Part shown: piece by piece, positions 27,001 through 37,303 of the stretch
Numbering within the stretch: position 1 is the stretch's first letter
Layout: each line of letters opens with the position of its first letter
Origin: Lingula anatina
Taxonomy: Eukaryota; Animalia; Brachiopoda
NCBI GenBank assembly: GCA_051362555.1
Contig: CM120643.1
Span: 25,114,848-25,178,847, forward strand
Reading direction: 5' to 3'
DNA: 64,000 nt
Notes under the pieces: generated by a model
Told to the model about the DNA's origin: nothing
Seen by the model: the letters and a program-made list of their open reading frames with translations, nothing else
The model's database searches: none
Program-made: the position numbers and the translations under genes

Positions 27001-28953
27001 GAAGTACATTGTTCTCTTGTCATGTCAAAGGCCAGAGTAACTCCATTGAAGGTTATCACCCTACCAAGATTGGAGCTCAATGCTGCAGTAGTCTCTCTCA
27101 AAATGAGCAAAGTTCTTGAATCTGAGATGACAGAGAAGTACCGTCATTATTTTTGGACAGATTCAAGGATTGTGCTAGGTTACATAAACAATGACACACG
27201 CAGATTTAAAATATATGTAGCCAACAGAGTAGAGCTGATCAAAGAAGCAACTTCCCCACAGCAATGGCACTATGTAAGAAGTGAAGACAACCCTGCAGAT
27301 CACGCATCAAGAGGTTTGTCTGTGGAGAAGTTGAGAGACTCCACCTGGTTTACAGGACCAAGATTTCTTTGGAATCCTGATTTAGAGATGGCTGACATGC
27401 CCCACAATGATGTACAGTTACCAGAAATGGACCCAGAGATCAAAATGTCTTCTGTAAGGAGTACACAGACAGTAGAAAAGAAATCCATGATAGAAAGACT
27501 CGAGAAATTTTCAGATTGGTCTAGAGCAGTCAGAGCAATTGCAAGGCTCAAAAGAAGAGCAAGAGGTATCAAAAATGCAAGTCTCACTTCAGAAGAGGAA
27601 AGGCAAGAAACGACCACATTCTTGATAAAATTAGCTCAAGAACAGAAGTTCGAGGGAAAACCTCCTAGTTCAACATTGAACCCCTTTAAAGACAATAAAG
27701 GAGTAATTCGTGTGGGAGGAAGGCTAGGACAATCAAGTTTTGCCTTTTCTGTTCAGCATCCAGTAATATTACCCAAGGATAGCTATGTTTCAAAATTGAT
27801 TGTATCTCATTTTCATAAACGCATTGGTCATATGGGCCGTGGTATGACTCTAAATGAAGTCAGAGCCAATGGATTTTGGATCCTTGCTGGAGGGAAGTTG
27901 ACATCTGAAATTATTCACAGATGTGTTACATGCAGGAAAATGAGAAAACCAGTGGAAGAGCAGAAAATGGCAGATTTGCCTTCTGATCGTGTGGAAGCAT
28001 CATGTCCATTTGAATATAGTGCCATGGATTGCTTTGGTCCTTTCATTGTGAAACAGAATAGGAAGGAGTTCAAACGCTATGGTCTGTTATTTACCTGTTT
28101 ATGTTCTAGAGCAGTGCATGTTGAAATGCTGGACGACATGTCATCAGATGCGTTTATAAATGCTCTTAGATGTTTCATTTCTATTAGAGGAAAAGTTCGC
28201 CAGATCAGATCAGATCAAGGGAGCAATTTTGTGGGTGCAAAGAATGAATTCACAGCTGCATTAAAGGAAATGGATGCTCAGAAGGTAGCTTGTTACCTAG
28301 CCAATCAAGATTGTGATTTTCTTATGAATGCACCTCATTCTAGTCATGTTGGTGGAGTATGGGAGCGACAGATTCGTACTATAAGGAATGTTTTAGCAGG
28401 AGTGATTAATCTCTGCCCAGGTAGATTGGATGATTCATCTTTACGCACACTGTTTTATGAAGCAATGGCAATCGTAAACAGCCGTCCTCTATCAATAGCC
28501 AATATCAATGATCCTGAGTGTGCAGAGCCCCTGACACCTAATCACATTCTTACAATGAAATCCAGTGTGCCACTACCACCCCCAGGAAATTTTGTTTCTC
28601 AGGACATGTATCTCAGGAAAAGATGGAGAAGAGTTCAGTTTCTCACACAACAGTTCTGGAGCAGATGGAGGAAAGAGTATCTTCAGAATCTTAACAAGAG
28701 ACAGTGCTGGACAAGATGTAAGAGAAATATCACAGTGGGAGATATTGTTCTTGTTGTGGAACCTAATGTATCGCGAAACAGTTGGCCACTAGGCAGAGTG
28801 GTTGAATGTATTCCCAGCAAGGATAAATTAGTGCGCAAGGCCAAGATTTGTGTAGGAACTGATGACTTAAATTCTCAGGGAAAACACGAAACCAAGCCAG
28901 TTATTTTAGAAAGACCAATTCAGAAGTTAGTGCTTCTGATTGAAAGTTGTTAG
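24028..28953 (+). CDS. BEL/Pao gag-pol polyprotein, 1641 aa, N-terminally truncated but uninterrupted
   Basis: Gag (LPVPEPKVFAGNPLLFPEW), three Cys knuckles, protease ALLDTQS, RT FYVDDGL, RNase H LHHFSDAS, and integrase HHCC + MDCFGP / SDQGSNF / GGVWER. Confidence 0.95.
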   Translation: MKLSAPDVSVPIATTAHMHAVSTPMATTDHTPAVSLDGLTEALQQSLSLGRLPVPEPKVFAGNPLLFPEWKNSFSVLIGRKALNATEKLFFLRKYTAGPAAKMIQGAFLRTDEAAFDDAWRKLNERFGDEFLIQKSFREKLDKWPKIPEKDGNALRDYSDFLNAVCDAMPHVKGLTVLNDYSENRKIINKLPQFVSHRWNRQVTRSMKTEGYPSFRDFCAFLSEESEVACNPITSPLVNKVHDMVRALNVNAGVAEKKLCTYCEKEGHYISRCHDFGALTISKKREFVVKKNLCFGCLGQGHRNSDCRRKHVCGTCKGKHPTCMHEERQPPTSRETQSVNSLKVNQHHRQSSTTMIVPVWVSTQENPEHEVLTYALLDTQSDTTFLLEDTAAALNAETEHATLSLSTMSTQKSLIDSKKIRRLRVRGFKSTETLEIDQAFTREFIPADRTQIPTRKTVTDWQHLKPLLNKIPPLQTCDVGLLIGFNCPRALLPRDTLVGGNSEPYAVQTILGWSIVGCSSRDNLASVCHRVTTKEVFPCMPRDVINALEKDFVHDKTEVEMSQEDLQFLRVQETNIQQLDNGHIQMPLPFRRRPALPDNKSQALQRIDHLRRKFERDPSYRESYTSMVQGIIDRGEAEEAPDDTIKGEVWYLPHHGVYHPQKGKLRVVFDCSATYKQTSLNQHLLSGPDLTSSLLGVLIRFREHPVAVACDIEKMFHQFLVQDNDRNYLRFLWWKNGDITKEPTVFRMKVHLFGATSSPGCANFGLKYLAKSYENEYPLAAEFIKHHFYVDDGLTSSDDADTAIQIIDQARKLCASGGIRLHKFLSNSREVLETVPESERATEVNGVDLNKDRLPVSTALGLQWNVEDDVFQYRAFTSEVKAKTLRGVLSTVASVYDPQGFLSPFILIGKQILQQMCKENSAWDEELSNDLMPQWEKWSEELRDIQNIKVARCFIPKNFGTVTRRELHHFSDASLSGYGQCSYIRLVNEKNEVHCSLVMSKARVTPLKVITLPRLELNAAVVSLKMSKVLESEMTEKYRHYFWTDSRIVLGYINNDTRRFKIYVANRVELIKEATSPQQWHYVRSEDNPADHASRGLSVEKLRDSTWFTGPRFLWNPDLEMADMPHNDVQLPEMDPEIKMSSVRSTQTVEKKSMIERLEKFSDWSRAVRAIARLKRRARGIKNASLTSEEERQETTTFLIKLAQEQKFEGKPPSSTLNPFKDNKGVIRVGGRLGQSSFAFSVQHPVILPKDSYVSKLIVSHFHKRIGHMGRGMTLNEVRANGFWILAGGKLTSEIIHRCVTCRKMRKPVEEQKMADLPSDRVEASCPFEYSAMDCFGPFIVKQNRKEFKRYGLLFTCLCSRAVHVEMLDDMSSDAFINALRCFISIRGKVRQIRSDQGSNFVGAKNEFTAALKEMDAQKVACYLANQDCDFLMNAPHSSHVGGVWERQIRTIRNVLAGVINLCPGRLDDSSLRTLFYEAMAIVNSRPLSIANINDPECAEPLTPNHILTMKSSVPLPPPGNFVSQDMYLRKRWRRVQFLTQQFWSRWRKEYLQNLNKRQCWTRCKRNITVGDIVLVVEPNVSRNSWPLGRVVECIPSKDKLVRKAKICVGTDDLNSQGKHETKPVILERPIQKLVLLIESC

Positions 28954-30308
28954 TACTCTCTGAATGTAATTAGGACTGTAAGTGAGTGAGTTGCTCAATG
29001 ACTAACTGTTTAAAACTTGTAGTTAAGTTTGAATGTTGATGTTGTGAGTTTTATTGTTTAAGGTAGGATATAAATTTTTTGGATTCATTCCCACTGTTTG
29101 AGTTGGTAACTTGGATCATGAATCCTTTAAAAAATGTCATTTCATTTTTAGTTCTCAGTCTTTAAATTTTTTGGATTCATTCCCACTGTTTGAGTTGGTA
29201 ACTTGGATCATGAATCCTTTAAAAAATGTCATTTCATTTTTAGTTCTCAGTCTTCACGGTGACTTGGAAAATAGACAAAGCTAGTTTCACAATAGGTCTA
29301 GGGCGTGAACGGTGAGTTATGGATGTAAGAAAGTATGTTAGTGTACTATATTAAGGTGACATGTGGATTTACCTTAAGCATTAAGTTATAAAGGAAATTA
29401 AGGTAGAACATATAACCTTTACATGCAGCGGTTAATGTATTGATAGCAAATAGTGTTTATTTTGTGTTTATCATTTACTCCTTGATCTTTGGATCCAGTT
29501 TTACATTGGAAATGATTTTTTTTTTTTTTTTTGGTATTATATTTAATTTAATGCACTCTTAATGTTGTTAAAAATCTTAGATAGATTTTGGGGGGGGGTG
29601 TTACTGCAGCCAGTAATGTTAGTTAGTGATTGCGATAGATGCTCTCACAAGATTGCGACGGAAGTATGCATTTTTTGTATGCGTTTATTTTACTACGCGG
29701 GAAATAAGTTCTGCACAAAGATAGCTTACTTAACTTATCTTTTACACTTTGTGATTGTGTTTCTTTAAATTATTATTGTCTTTTGGTTTTCATTATTTAC
29801 ATTTTTGCAGTTAAACATATATATATTTTTTACATTGTTAAAACGCAGTCATTTTTGTTCTTCCGGTACTATTTTTTTTGTTATAAGATGTCCGAAACCA
29901 TGTGGTTTCATGCAAAAGAGCGCTTCACATTTAACAGATATTTCTTAAGTCAAGGTAATCTTTTTTATTATATAACAATAGTTAAAGGCTAATAATTTAA
30001 AATGCAAAAGTAACAATAATGTCCAAACCTAGAAGTAAGTCGTAAAGCTTAAGTGTGTAAGCGAAAGCGTGTAAGCGAAAGCCCTTATTAGAAAAACTGT
30101 ATAACAAGTTAATGAGTATACTTAGATTGTAACGCAACGAAAGGTAAAATAATAACGAACGAAGTCTAAGTACTATATTTGTTTATTATTACAGGATTAC
30201 AGTAAAGGGTATAGACATCAACGTTTTCACTGTTAATCTAATGGAGATCATGACTTGTATTTACGGAAGAATAAAAAGAATACAACTGCAATATGAGCCT
30301 CCGTTATA
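24036..30308 (+). mobile_element. BEL/Pao retrotransposon fragment (no 5' LTR; 3' LTR 29599-30308 incomplete)
   Basis: G-tract PPT at 29590-29598 followed by TGTT. AATAAA at 30270. No terminal ACA and no TSD; both junctions fall in HINE repeat sequence. Confidence 0.85.
29071..29254. repeat. 92-bp perfect tandem duplication in BEL 3' UTR
   Basis: 29071-29162 = 29163-29254. Confidence 0.9.
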
Positions 30309-32964
30309 AAGTTCGAAAATCAGCATGATCGGGTCATTTTTAGGGAATTTATGCTGTTTTTATGTACAGACACAGATGTGTCTGTACATATAGCCGTCAT
30401 CTGCGTCTGTCGTCGCCGTGCACTTTTACCGATAACACGATAAGTGGAAAACTGTTTTTTCTTTTGGCTTGAAACTTACAGAACTAATGAATATTCATAA
30501 TACGCAGGTCAAGTTCTAAAATCAGCATGATCGGGTCACTTATAGGGAATTTATGCTGTTTTTTTCACTTTTTTCAGCATAAATGAAGCACCGATAACAC
30601 GATAAGTGGAAAACTGTTTTACTTTTTGGCTTGAAACTTACAGAACTGATGAATATTCATAATACGCAGGTCAAGTTCGAAAATCAGCGTGATTGGGTCA
30701 TTTTTAATGAATTTAGGCTATAGCCATCATCTGCCTCTGTCGTTGCCGTCGTCGCCGTCGTGCACTTTCACCGATAACACGATAAGTGAAGAACCGTTTT
30801 TTCTTTTGGCTTGAAACCTGCAGAACTGATGAATATTCCTTATACGCAGGTGGAGTTCGAAAATCAGCATTATGGGGTGACTTGTAGGGAAGTTATGCTG
30901 TTTTTTCACTTTTTTCAGCATATATGCAGCACCGATAACACGATAAGTGGAAAACCATTTTTTTTTTTGGCTTGAAACTTACAAAACTGATGAATATTCA
31001 TAATCCGCAGGTCAAGTTCGAAAATCAGCATGATCAGGCCATTTTTAGGGGAGTTATGCTGTTTTTTCACTTTTTTCAACATATATGCAACACTGATAAC
31101 ACAATATAAGAAAAACAGATTGGCCAATTGTCATTATACTCACAGGAGTGGTCAATCTTACTAAAACGCAGGTAGACTTCGAAAATCAGCATAATTGGGC
31201 CATTATTTTAGAATTTGTGCTGTTTTTTCACATTTCCTCTTGATTCAATTCTTAGGCATGTTAACAGTCTCATTATTGAACTAATAAGATACGTAAAAGT
31301 GTTTGTTTGATATTTCCTGCATCTTTACAACATTGTTAGTTGATTATGTAAAAATGATGGTAAACTTGTTATCGTGTATTGTGTAATAAAGTGTCAAAAA
31401 TGGAAATAAACTCATATCATTGCAGTTTGTTAGATTCAATCATCCACTATGTTCAGAATCTCAGAATGGAGGGAATTGGACATTTAACACTGTTCTATTG
31501 ATATTTTTCCCATCTCATCAGTTTTCTTAGTTGGTCATATAAAAATGGCAGTAAACTGTTTATTTTGCTTTATGTTGAAAAAGTGTTAAAAATGGAAATA
31601 AACCCATTTCAGAAATGTGCTGTCTTGTTTACATTTTGGCATTTTTAAGATGTGACTTTGAAGTTCCACGAGCCTACAGACCTTTGCTAGTCACATTTTC
31701 TGAATGTCCATGATACTAATATTTTATGATTAAAAATTGATGGTCATTATGCTGTTAAGCATTATGTAATATTACATCAAAATTTGAAGAAACCCCTATT
31801 TTGGGCACTGCTCCCATGATGACCATTTAAAGAAAATCATGTCACTTACTGTTCTCTAACTTACAGGAAAGAAACATGGGACTAAAATACAGCTCCAGGA
31901 GGCAATGCAGTCTGTTTGATAATTTTTTCTGGCAGTTAAACAGTTTTTTGTGAAAATTTAATTTTTCACATATTGGCATTTTCAAGGTGTGACTTTGAAG
32001 TTCCATGATCCTGAAGACCTTTGCTTGTCACGTTTTCTGAATGTCCATGTTACTAATATTCTATTATTAAAAATTGATGGTCATTATGCTGTTAAACATT
32101 ATGTAATGTTGCATCAAAATTTGAAGAAACCCCTATTATGGGCACTGCTCCCATGATGACCATTTAAGGAAAATCATGTCACTTACTATTCTCAAACTTA
32201 CAGGAAAGAAACATGGGTCTAAAATACAGCTTCAGTAGACAATGCAGTCTGTTTGGTAATTTTTTCTGGCAATTAAACAGTTTTTTGTGATAATTTAATT
32301 TTGCACTTATTGGCATTTTCAAGGTGTGACTTTGAAGTTCCATGATCCTGAAGACCTTTGCTTGTCACATTTTCTGAATGTCCATGTTACTAATATTCTA
32401 TTATTAACAAGGCAGCAAAGCTGTCAAATGTACAGACAAAAAACAGAAAATAAAGATGCAAAAAAGGTCATTTTGTCAATTTTGATGCAATAATAAATAA
32501 TGCTTATAATAGCACTGTCAGTCAACACTGAATTTTAATCTTGTACAACGGGTAACATGGTCAATAACAGGAGCAGACCCAGAGATATTTTCTGACAGTA
32601 TTCCAAAGTATCTATGTTGATCTATCCTCCATTTTGATGGTCTTCCAACAGAAAAAAATAGATACCAGTCAATATAAACTTAATAACCTGACTGTCTTCC
32701 GGAAGACCCAGAAGATGGTCTCAATCCACCCCTTCAATAAGATTACAGTTTCAGGACCATGAGAGTTCAAATTCACATGATGAAAGTCTCAATATTTGAA
32801 AAATGATGACAGTGCATAAAATAATATTACATAATGTTTAAAGACATAAAAAACAATACAACTGCTTATGTAGAAATACAGAAAATGTGCAGAGCCCCAG
32901 GCAGATGAGAGTTAAAAGTCACAAATGCAAGTGTTTGAGAAAAAATTATAAAGGAAAACAACAA

Positions 32965-33200
32965 AACTAGAAAAGCACTTTGAGAGTGCAGACCTCTGCC
33001 AAGGCAGCAATTGTTGATTATTATTGATAATTGATTGATTATTGATCCAGACCACCACCAAAAATTAATCATTGTCCTCTTTGGCCCACTTCCGACAGTT
33101 CCTGAAAATTTCTGCAAAATTGGTCTATAACTTTTTGTGTTATGTGGATGACAGACAAACAGGGGTGAAAATATAACCCCCTTGGCAGAGCTTGAGGTAA
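32965..33200 (-). mobile_element. Short HINE-like element of a second family carried inside the large HINE
   Basis: aactagaaaagcact..gtgcagacctctgccaagg...gacagacaaac...ccttggcagag..gaggtaa. Equivalent copy at 38020-38235 in the plus-strand HINE. Confidence 0.6.
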
Positions 33201-33246
33201 ATATAATTCCAATGAAGATGCTATTCAAACTTTTAATCTTCCAGTT

Positions 33247-33248
<2 letters not shown>

Positions 33249-33304
<56 letters not shown>
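33249..33304. repeat. (AT)n microsatellite
   Basis: Pure AT run; shorter, interrupted counterpart at ~37938-37971. Confidence 0.95.
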
Positions 33305-33308
<4 letters not shown>

Positions 33309-36300
33309 AACTTATTTGCAATATTAAACAAAATTTACCTGCATAATTATCACTGCTTCCTTATTATTAATCTAGCAGAGAGCTTTACCTTTGGGAGTTT
33401 ACAACAAGTGTGCTTTACGTAATCTCATTTAATGGCCTATTAAAGCAAATGACTTTATAACTCTGAAATTAATCTAGTGATACCCAAGGGTAATTTACAG
33501 ACTGACCCACTCAAAGGTCTTCAGGCCCATAAGTCACACCTTAAGAAAAGCACAAAACCATAATGCCCAAAATAGGAGACTACCAATCCTGAAGCAATAA
33601 TACATTATGTTTAACTGCACAGTCAACATCAACTTATGCACAACAGGTAACACAGACGAAAGTAAAAGCATAATGCTCCAGGCCCATCAGAGTTCAAGTT
33701 TATACTTAGAAAGTGCCAGAATGAGAAAAATGAAAATTTCACAAAAAATGCATAAATACAATAAACATGATAATCCAATAGAGCTGGTTTTCTCATGAGC
33801 TGAAGGCCAATCCTAAAAATCGTACTTGTAAGTTTAAAATTATAATAAGTAGCACAGTTTTCTTTTCATAATGTTTGCAGTAGCAGTGCAAAAAGATTGT
33901 TGTCAATTTTGATGTAACATTACATAATAAATTAGAGAATAATTATCACCAATTTTTGTTTATTGACTATAAATAGGATGGACATGTAGAAAATATGATT
34001 ACCATTTGGCTTCATGTCCATGGGAGCTCCGAGTCCCACAATGAATATGCCAAAAAGATAATGAATATTACACTAAAATGTATAACTTCCAGAAAAAGAA
34101 GCCAATTAGACTGCTTTTCTAACTCAGGCTGCATTTTAGTCCTGTGTTTCTTTTTTGAAAGTTTGACAGTCATAAGTAACACGGTTTTCCCATAATGGTC
34201 ATCAAGGCAGCAGCACCAAAAATTGTGTTTTCTTCTATTTTGATGCAACATTACATAATGCTTAACAGCATACTGACCATCGATTTTTAATAATAAAATA
34301 TAAGTGTCATGGATTTTCACAAAATGTGACTAGCATGGGTCTTCAAGCCCGTGGAGGTTCTAAGTCACACCTTGGAAATGCCAATATGTGAAAAATTAAA
34401 TTTTCACAAAAAACTGTTTAATTGCCAGAAAAATTTACCAAACAGACTGCATTGCCTACTGAAGCTGTATTTTAGTCCCATGTTTCTTTCCTGTAAGTTT
34501 GAGAACAGTAAGTGACATGATTTTCCTTAAATGGTCATCATGGGAGCACTGCCCAAAAAAGGGGTTTCTTCAAATTTTGATGCAATATTACATAATGTTT
34601 TACAGCATAATGACCATCAATTTTTAATTATAAAATATTAGTATCATGGTTATTCAGAAAATGTAACTAGCAAAAGTCTTCAGGCCCATGGAACTTCAAA
34701 GTCACATATTGAAAATGCCAAAATGTAAACAAGACAGCACTGTTCTGAAATGGGTTTATTTCCATTTTTAACGCTTTTTTAACATAAAACAAAATAAACA
34801 GTTTACTGCCATTTTTATATGACCAATGAAGAAAATTGATGAGTATCAATAGAACAGTGTTAAATGTCCAACTTCCTCCATTCTGAGATTCTGAACATAG
34901 TGGATGAATGCATCTGACAAACTGCAATGATATGAGTTTATTTCCATTTTTGACACTTTATTACACAATACATGATAACAAGTTTACCATCATTTTTACA
35001 AAATCAACTAACAATGTTGTAAAGATGCAGGAAATGTCAAACAAACACTTTTACGTATCTTATTAGTTCAATAATGAGACTGTTAACATGCCTAAGAATT
35101 GAATGTGAGGAAATGTGAAAAAACAGCATAACTTCTAAAATAATGGACTGATTATGCTGATTTTCAAACTCAACCTGCGTTTTAGTAAGATTGGCCCCTC
35201 CTGTGAGTATAATGACAATTGGCCAATCTGTTTTTCTTATATTGTGTTATCAGTGTTGCATATATACTGAAAAAAGTGAAAAAACAGCATAAATTCCCTA
35301 TATGTGACCCGATCGTGCTGATTTTCGAACTTGACCTGCGTATTATGAAAATTTATCAGTTCTGTAAGTTTCAAGCCAAAAGGTAAAATGGTTTTCCACT
35401 TATCGTGTTATCGGTGCTGCATATATGCTGAAAAAATAGAAAAAATAGCCTAAATTCACTAAAAATGACCCAATCACGCTGATTTTCGAACTTGACCTGC
35501 GTATTAAGTATGTTCATCAGTTCTGTAAGTTTCAAGCCAAAAAGTAAAATGGTTTTCCACTTATGGTGTTATCGGTGCTGCATATATGCTGAAAAAAGTG
35601 AAAAAACAGCATAAATTCCCTATAAGTGACCCGATCATGCTGATTTTCGAACTTGACCTGCGTATTATGAATATTCATCAGTTCTGAAAGTTTCAAGTCA
35701 AAAGGTAAAATGGTTTTCCACTTATCGTGTTATCGGTGCTGCATATATGCTGAAAAAAGTGAAAAAACAGCATAAATTCCCTAAAAGTGACCCGATCATG
35801 CTGATTTTCGAACTTGACATGCGTATTATGAATATTCATCAGTTCTGCAAGTTTCAAGTCAAAAGGTAAAATGGTTTTCCACTTATCGTGTTATCGGTAA
35901 AAGTGCACGGCGACGGCGACGACAGCGACGACGGCGACGACAGACGCAGATGATGGCTATATGTACAGACACATCTGTGTCTGTACATAAAAATTGATGG
36001 TCATTATGCTGTTAAGCATTATGTAATGTTGCATCAAAATAGAAGAAAACACAATTTTTGGTGCTGCTGCCATGATGACCATTATGGGAAAACCGTGTTA
36101 CTTATGACTGTCAAACCTTTAAAAAAGGAACACTGGACTAAAATGCAGCCTGAGTTGGAAAAGCAGTCTTATTGGCTTCTTTTTCTGGAAGTTATACATT
36201 TGAGTGAAATATTTATAATCTCTCTGGCATATTCATTGTGGGACTCGGAGCTCCCATAGACATGAAGTCGAATGGTAATCAAATTTTCTACATGTCCATG

Positions 36301-36356
36301 CTATTTATAGTCAATAATCAAAAATTGGTGATAATTATTCTGTAATTTATTATGTA

Positions 36357-37303
36357 TTCAATTCAATTCAATTCAATTTATTTCTGTACTGGTACATAGA
36401 TTGTCATGACCTTGTACAATATGATATACTAATGATGATACAATACAGTTAGTGCATTACCATCTTTATATAATGGACATACGTATCAGTAACATTACTC
36501 ATAAAATATTCTATCTAGGCAATGCGATAAACCTTGGTGTGATTTTAAATTTACCATAAACATACTATAAACATGTTACACAAAAAGAATATGTTTAAAC
36601 TTAAAACCAAGGTTACATAGCTGTTTAAAGCCAGTTTGATGACATGGATAATTACGACTAATGAAAATTACATAAGACAGATAAGTAAATAAGTGACACA
36701 GATATAAATATTATGCCATGTTCAGTCCCACTGCCGAGTCACTTCTCACAACAGTGGGACCATACACTGACATTTTAAGGGATATGCTAAGAGTTACCAA
36801 GCAGAGCAACTACTTCACTTCTTTTCTTGAATGATTTGATTATAAAGTTGGAGAGGGACACTAGAGTATCTTTTTTGGCACTGTTAAATACATGGCATAA
36901 ATGACTGTCTGGTGACCTGGGATCAGCTTTTAGGATTGAGGTTTTACTTAAAAAGGTGACTCGGTCTGTTTTGTACATTGGGCATTGGAATATAAAACGG
37001 TATTCATCTTCAATTACCCCTTGGGTGCACAGGCGACAGATTCTGTCGCACCTTTCAGTTTTTGGCCTGGTGTGCCGCCCAGTTTCGATGTGGAGTTTAT
37101 GGTCACTAAGACGTAGTTTAGCAAGGGTTGACAAGGTGTCATAATTTGTTATTTTATCAACATAAGTTGCCCTTTCACACTTTTGGTTAAGTATACGGAA
37201 GAGAGACAATTTACTGTTGGCTTGAAGTTTGCTATTGCACATTTGGGTAAAGTGGTCAGTTTGTCTTTGTTTGAAAATTGTGGTGAAGTTTTTTGGAGGT
37301 GAC
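36357..37303 (-). mobile_element. 5'-truncated non-LTR retrotransposon (RTEX-like) 3' end
   Basis: ORF2 C-terminus LRLSDHKLHIETGRH...RICRLC..EDEYRF.FQCPMY on the minus strand; AATAAA followed by a (TTGAA)n tail at 36357-36383. Confidence 0.8.

Larger units (their letters stand above)
32406..35993 (-). mobile_element. Complete ~3.6-kb HINE inserted in opposite orientation into a same-family element
   Basis: Both termini are intact. The flanks rejoin to ctattatt-aaaaa-ttgatggtc, matching the paralogous uninterrupted site at ~32061. Insertion in an A/T run with no obvious TSD is Helentron-like. 161-bp units at ~35117, 35278, 35439, 35600 and 35761. Confidence 0.85.

Noticed and set aside
24919-28792. 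Antisense and alternate-frame ORFs within BEL pol and hAT exons
   Set aside because: Short shadows of long coding frames with no recognisable motifs.
12451-30308. LTR at 12451 as the missing 5' LTR of the BEL element at 24-30 kb
   Set aside because: The two LTR sequences differ beyond the initial TGTTA, so these are different elements.
32866-33321. 151-aa ORF with a YIYI run
   Set aside because: Reads through an (AT)n microsatellite and a short HINE.
35100-35900. Regular repeats resembling a CRISPR array
   Set aside because: Contiguous ~161-bp tandem units with no unique spacers; eukaryotic context; no cas genes.
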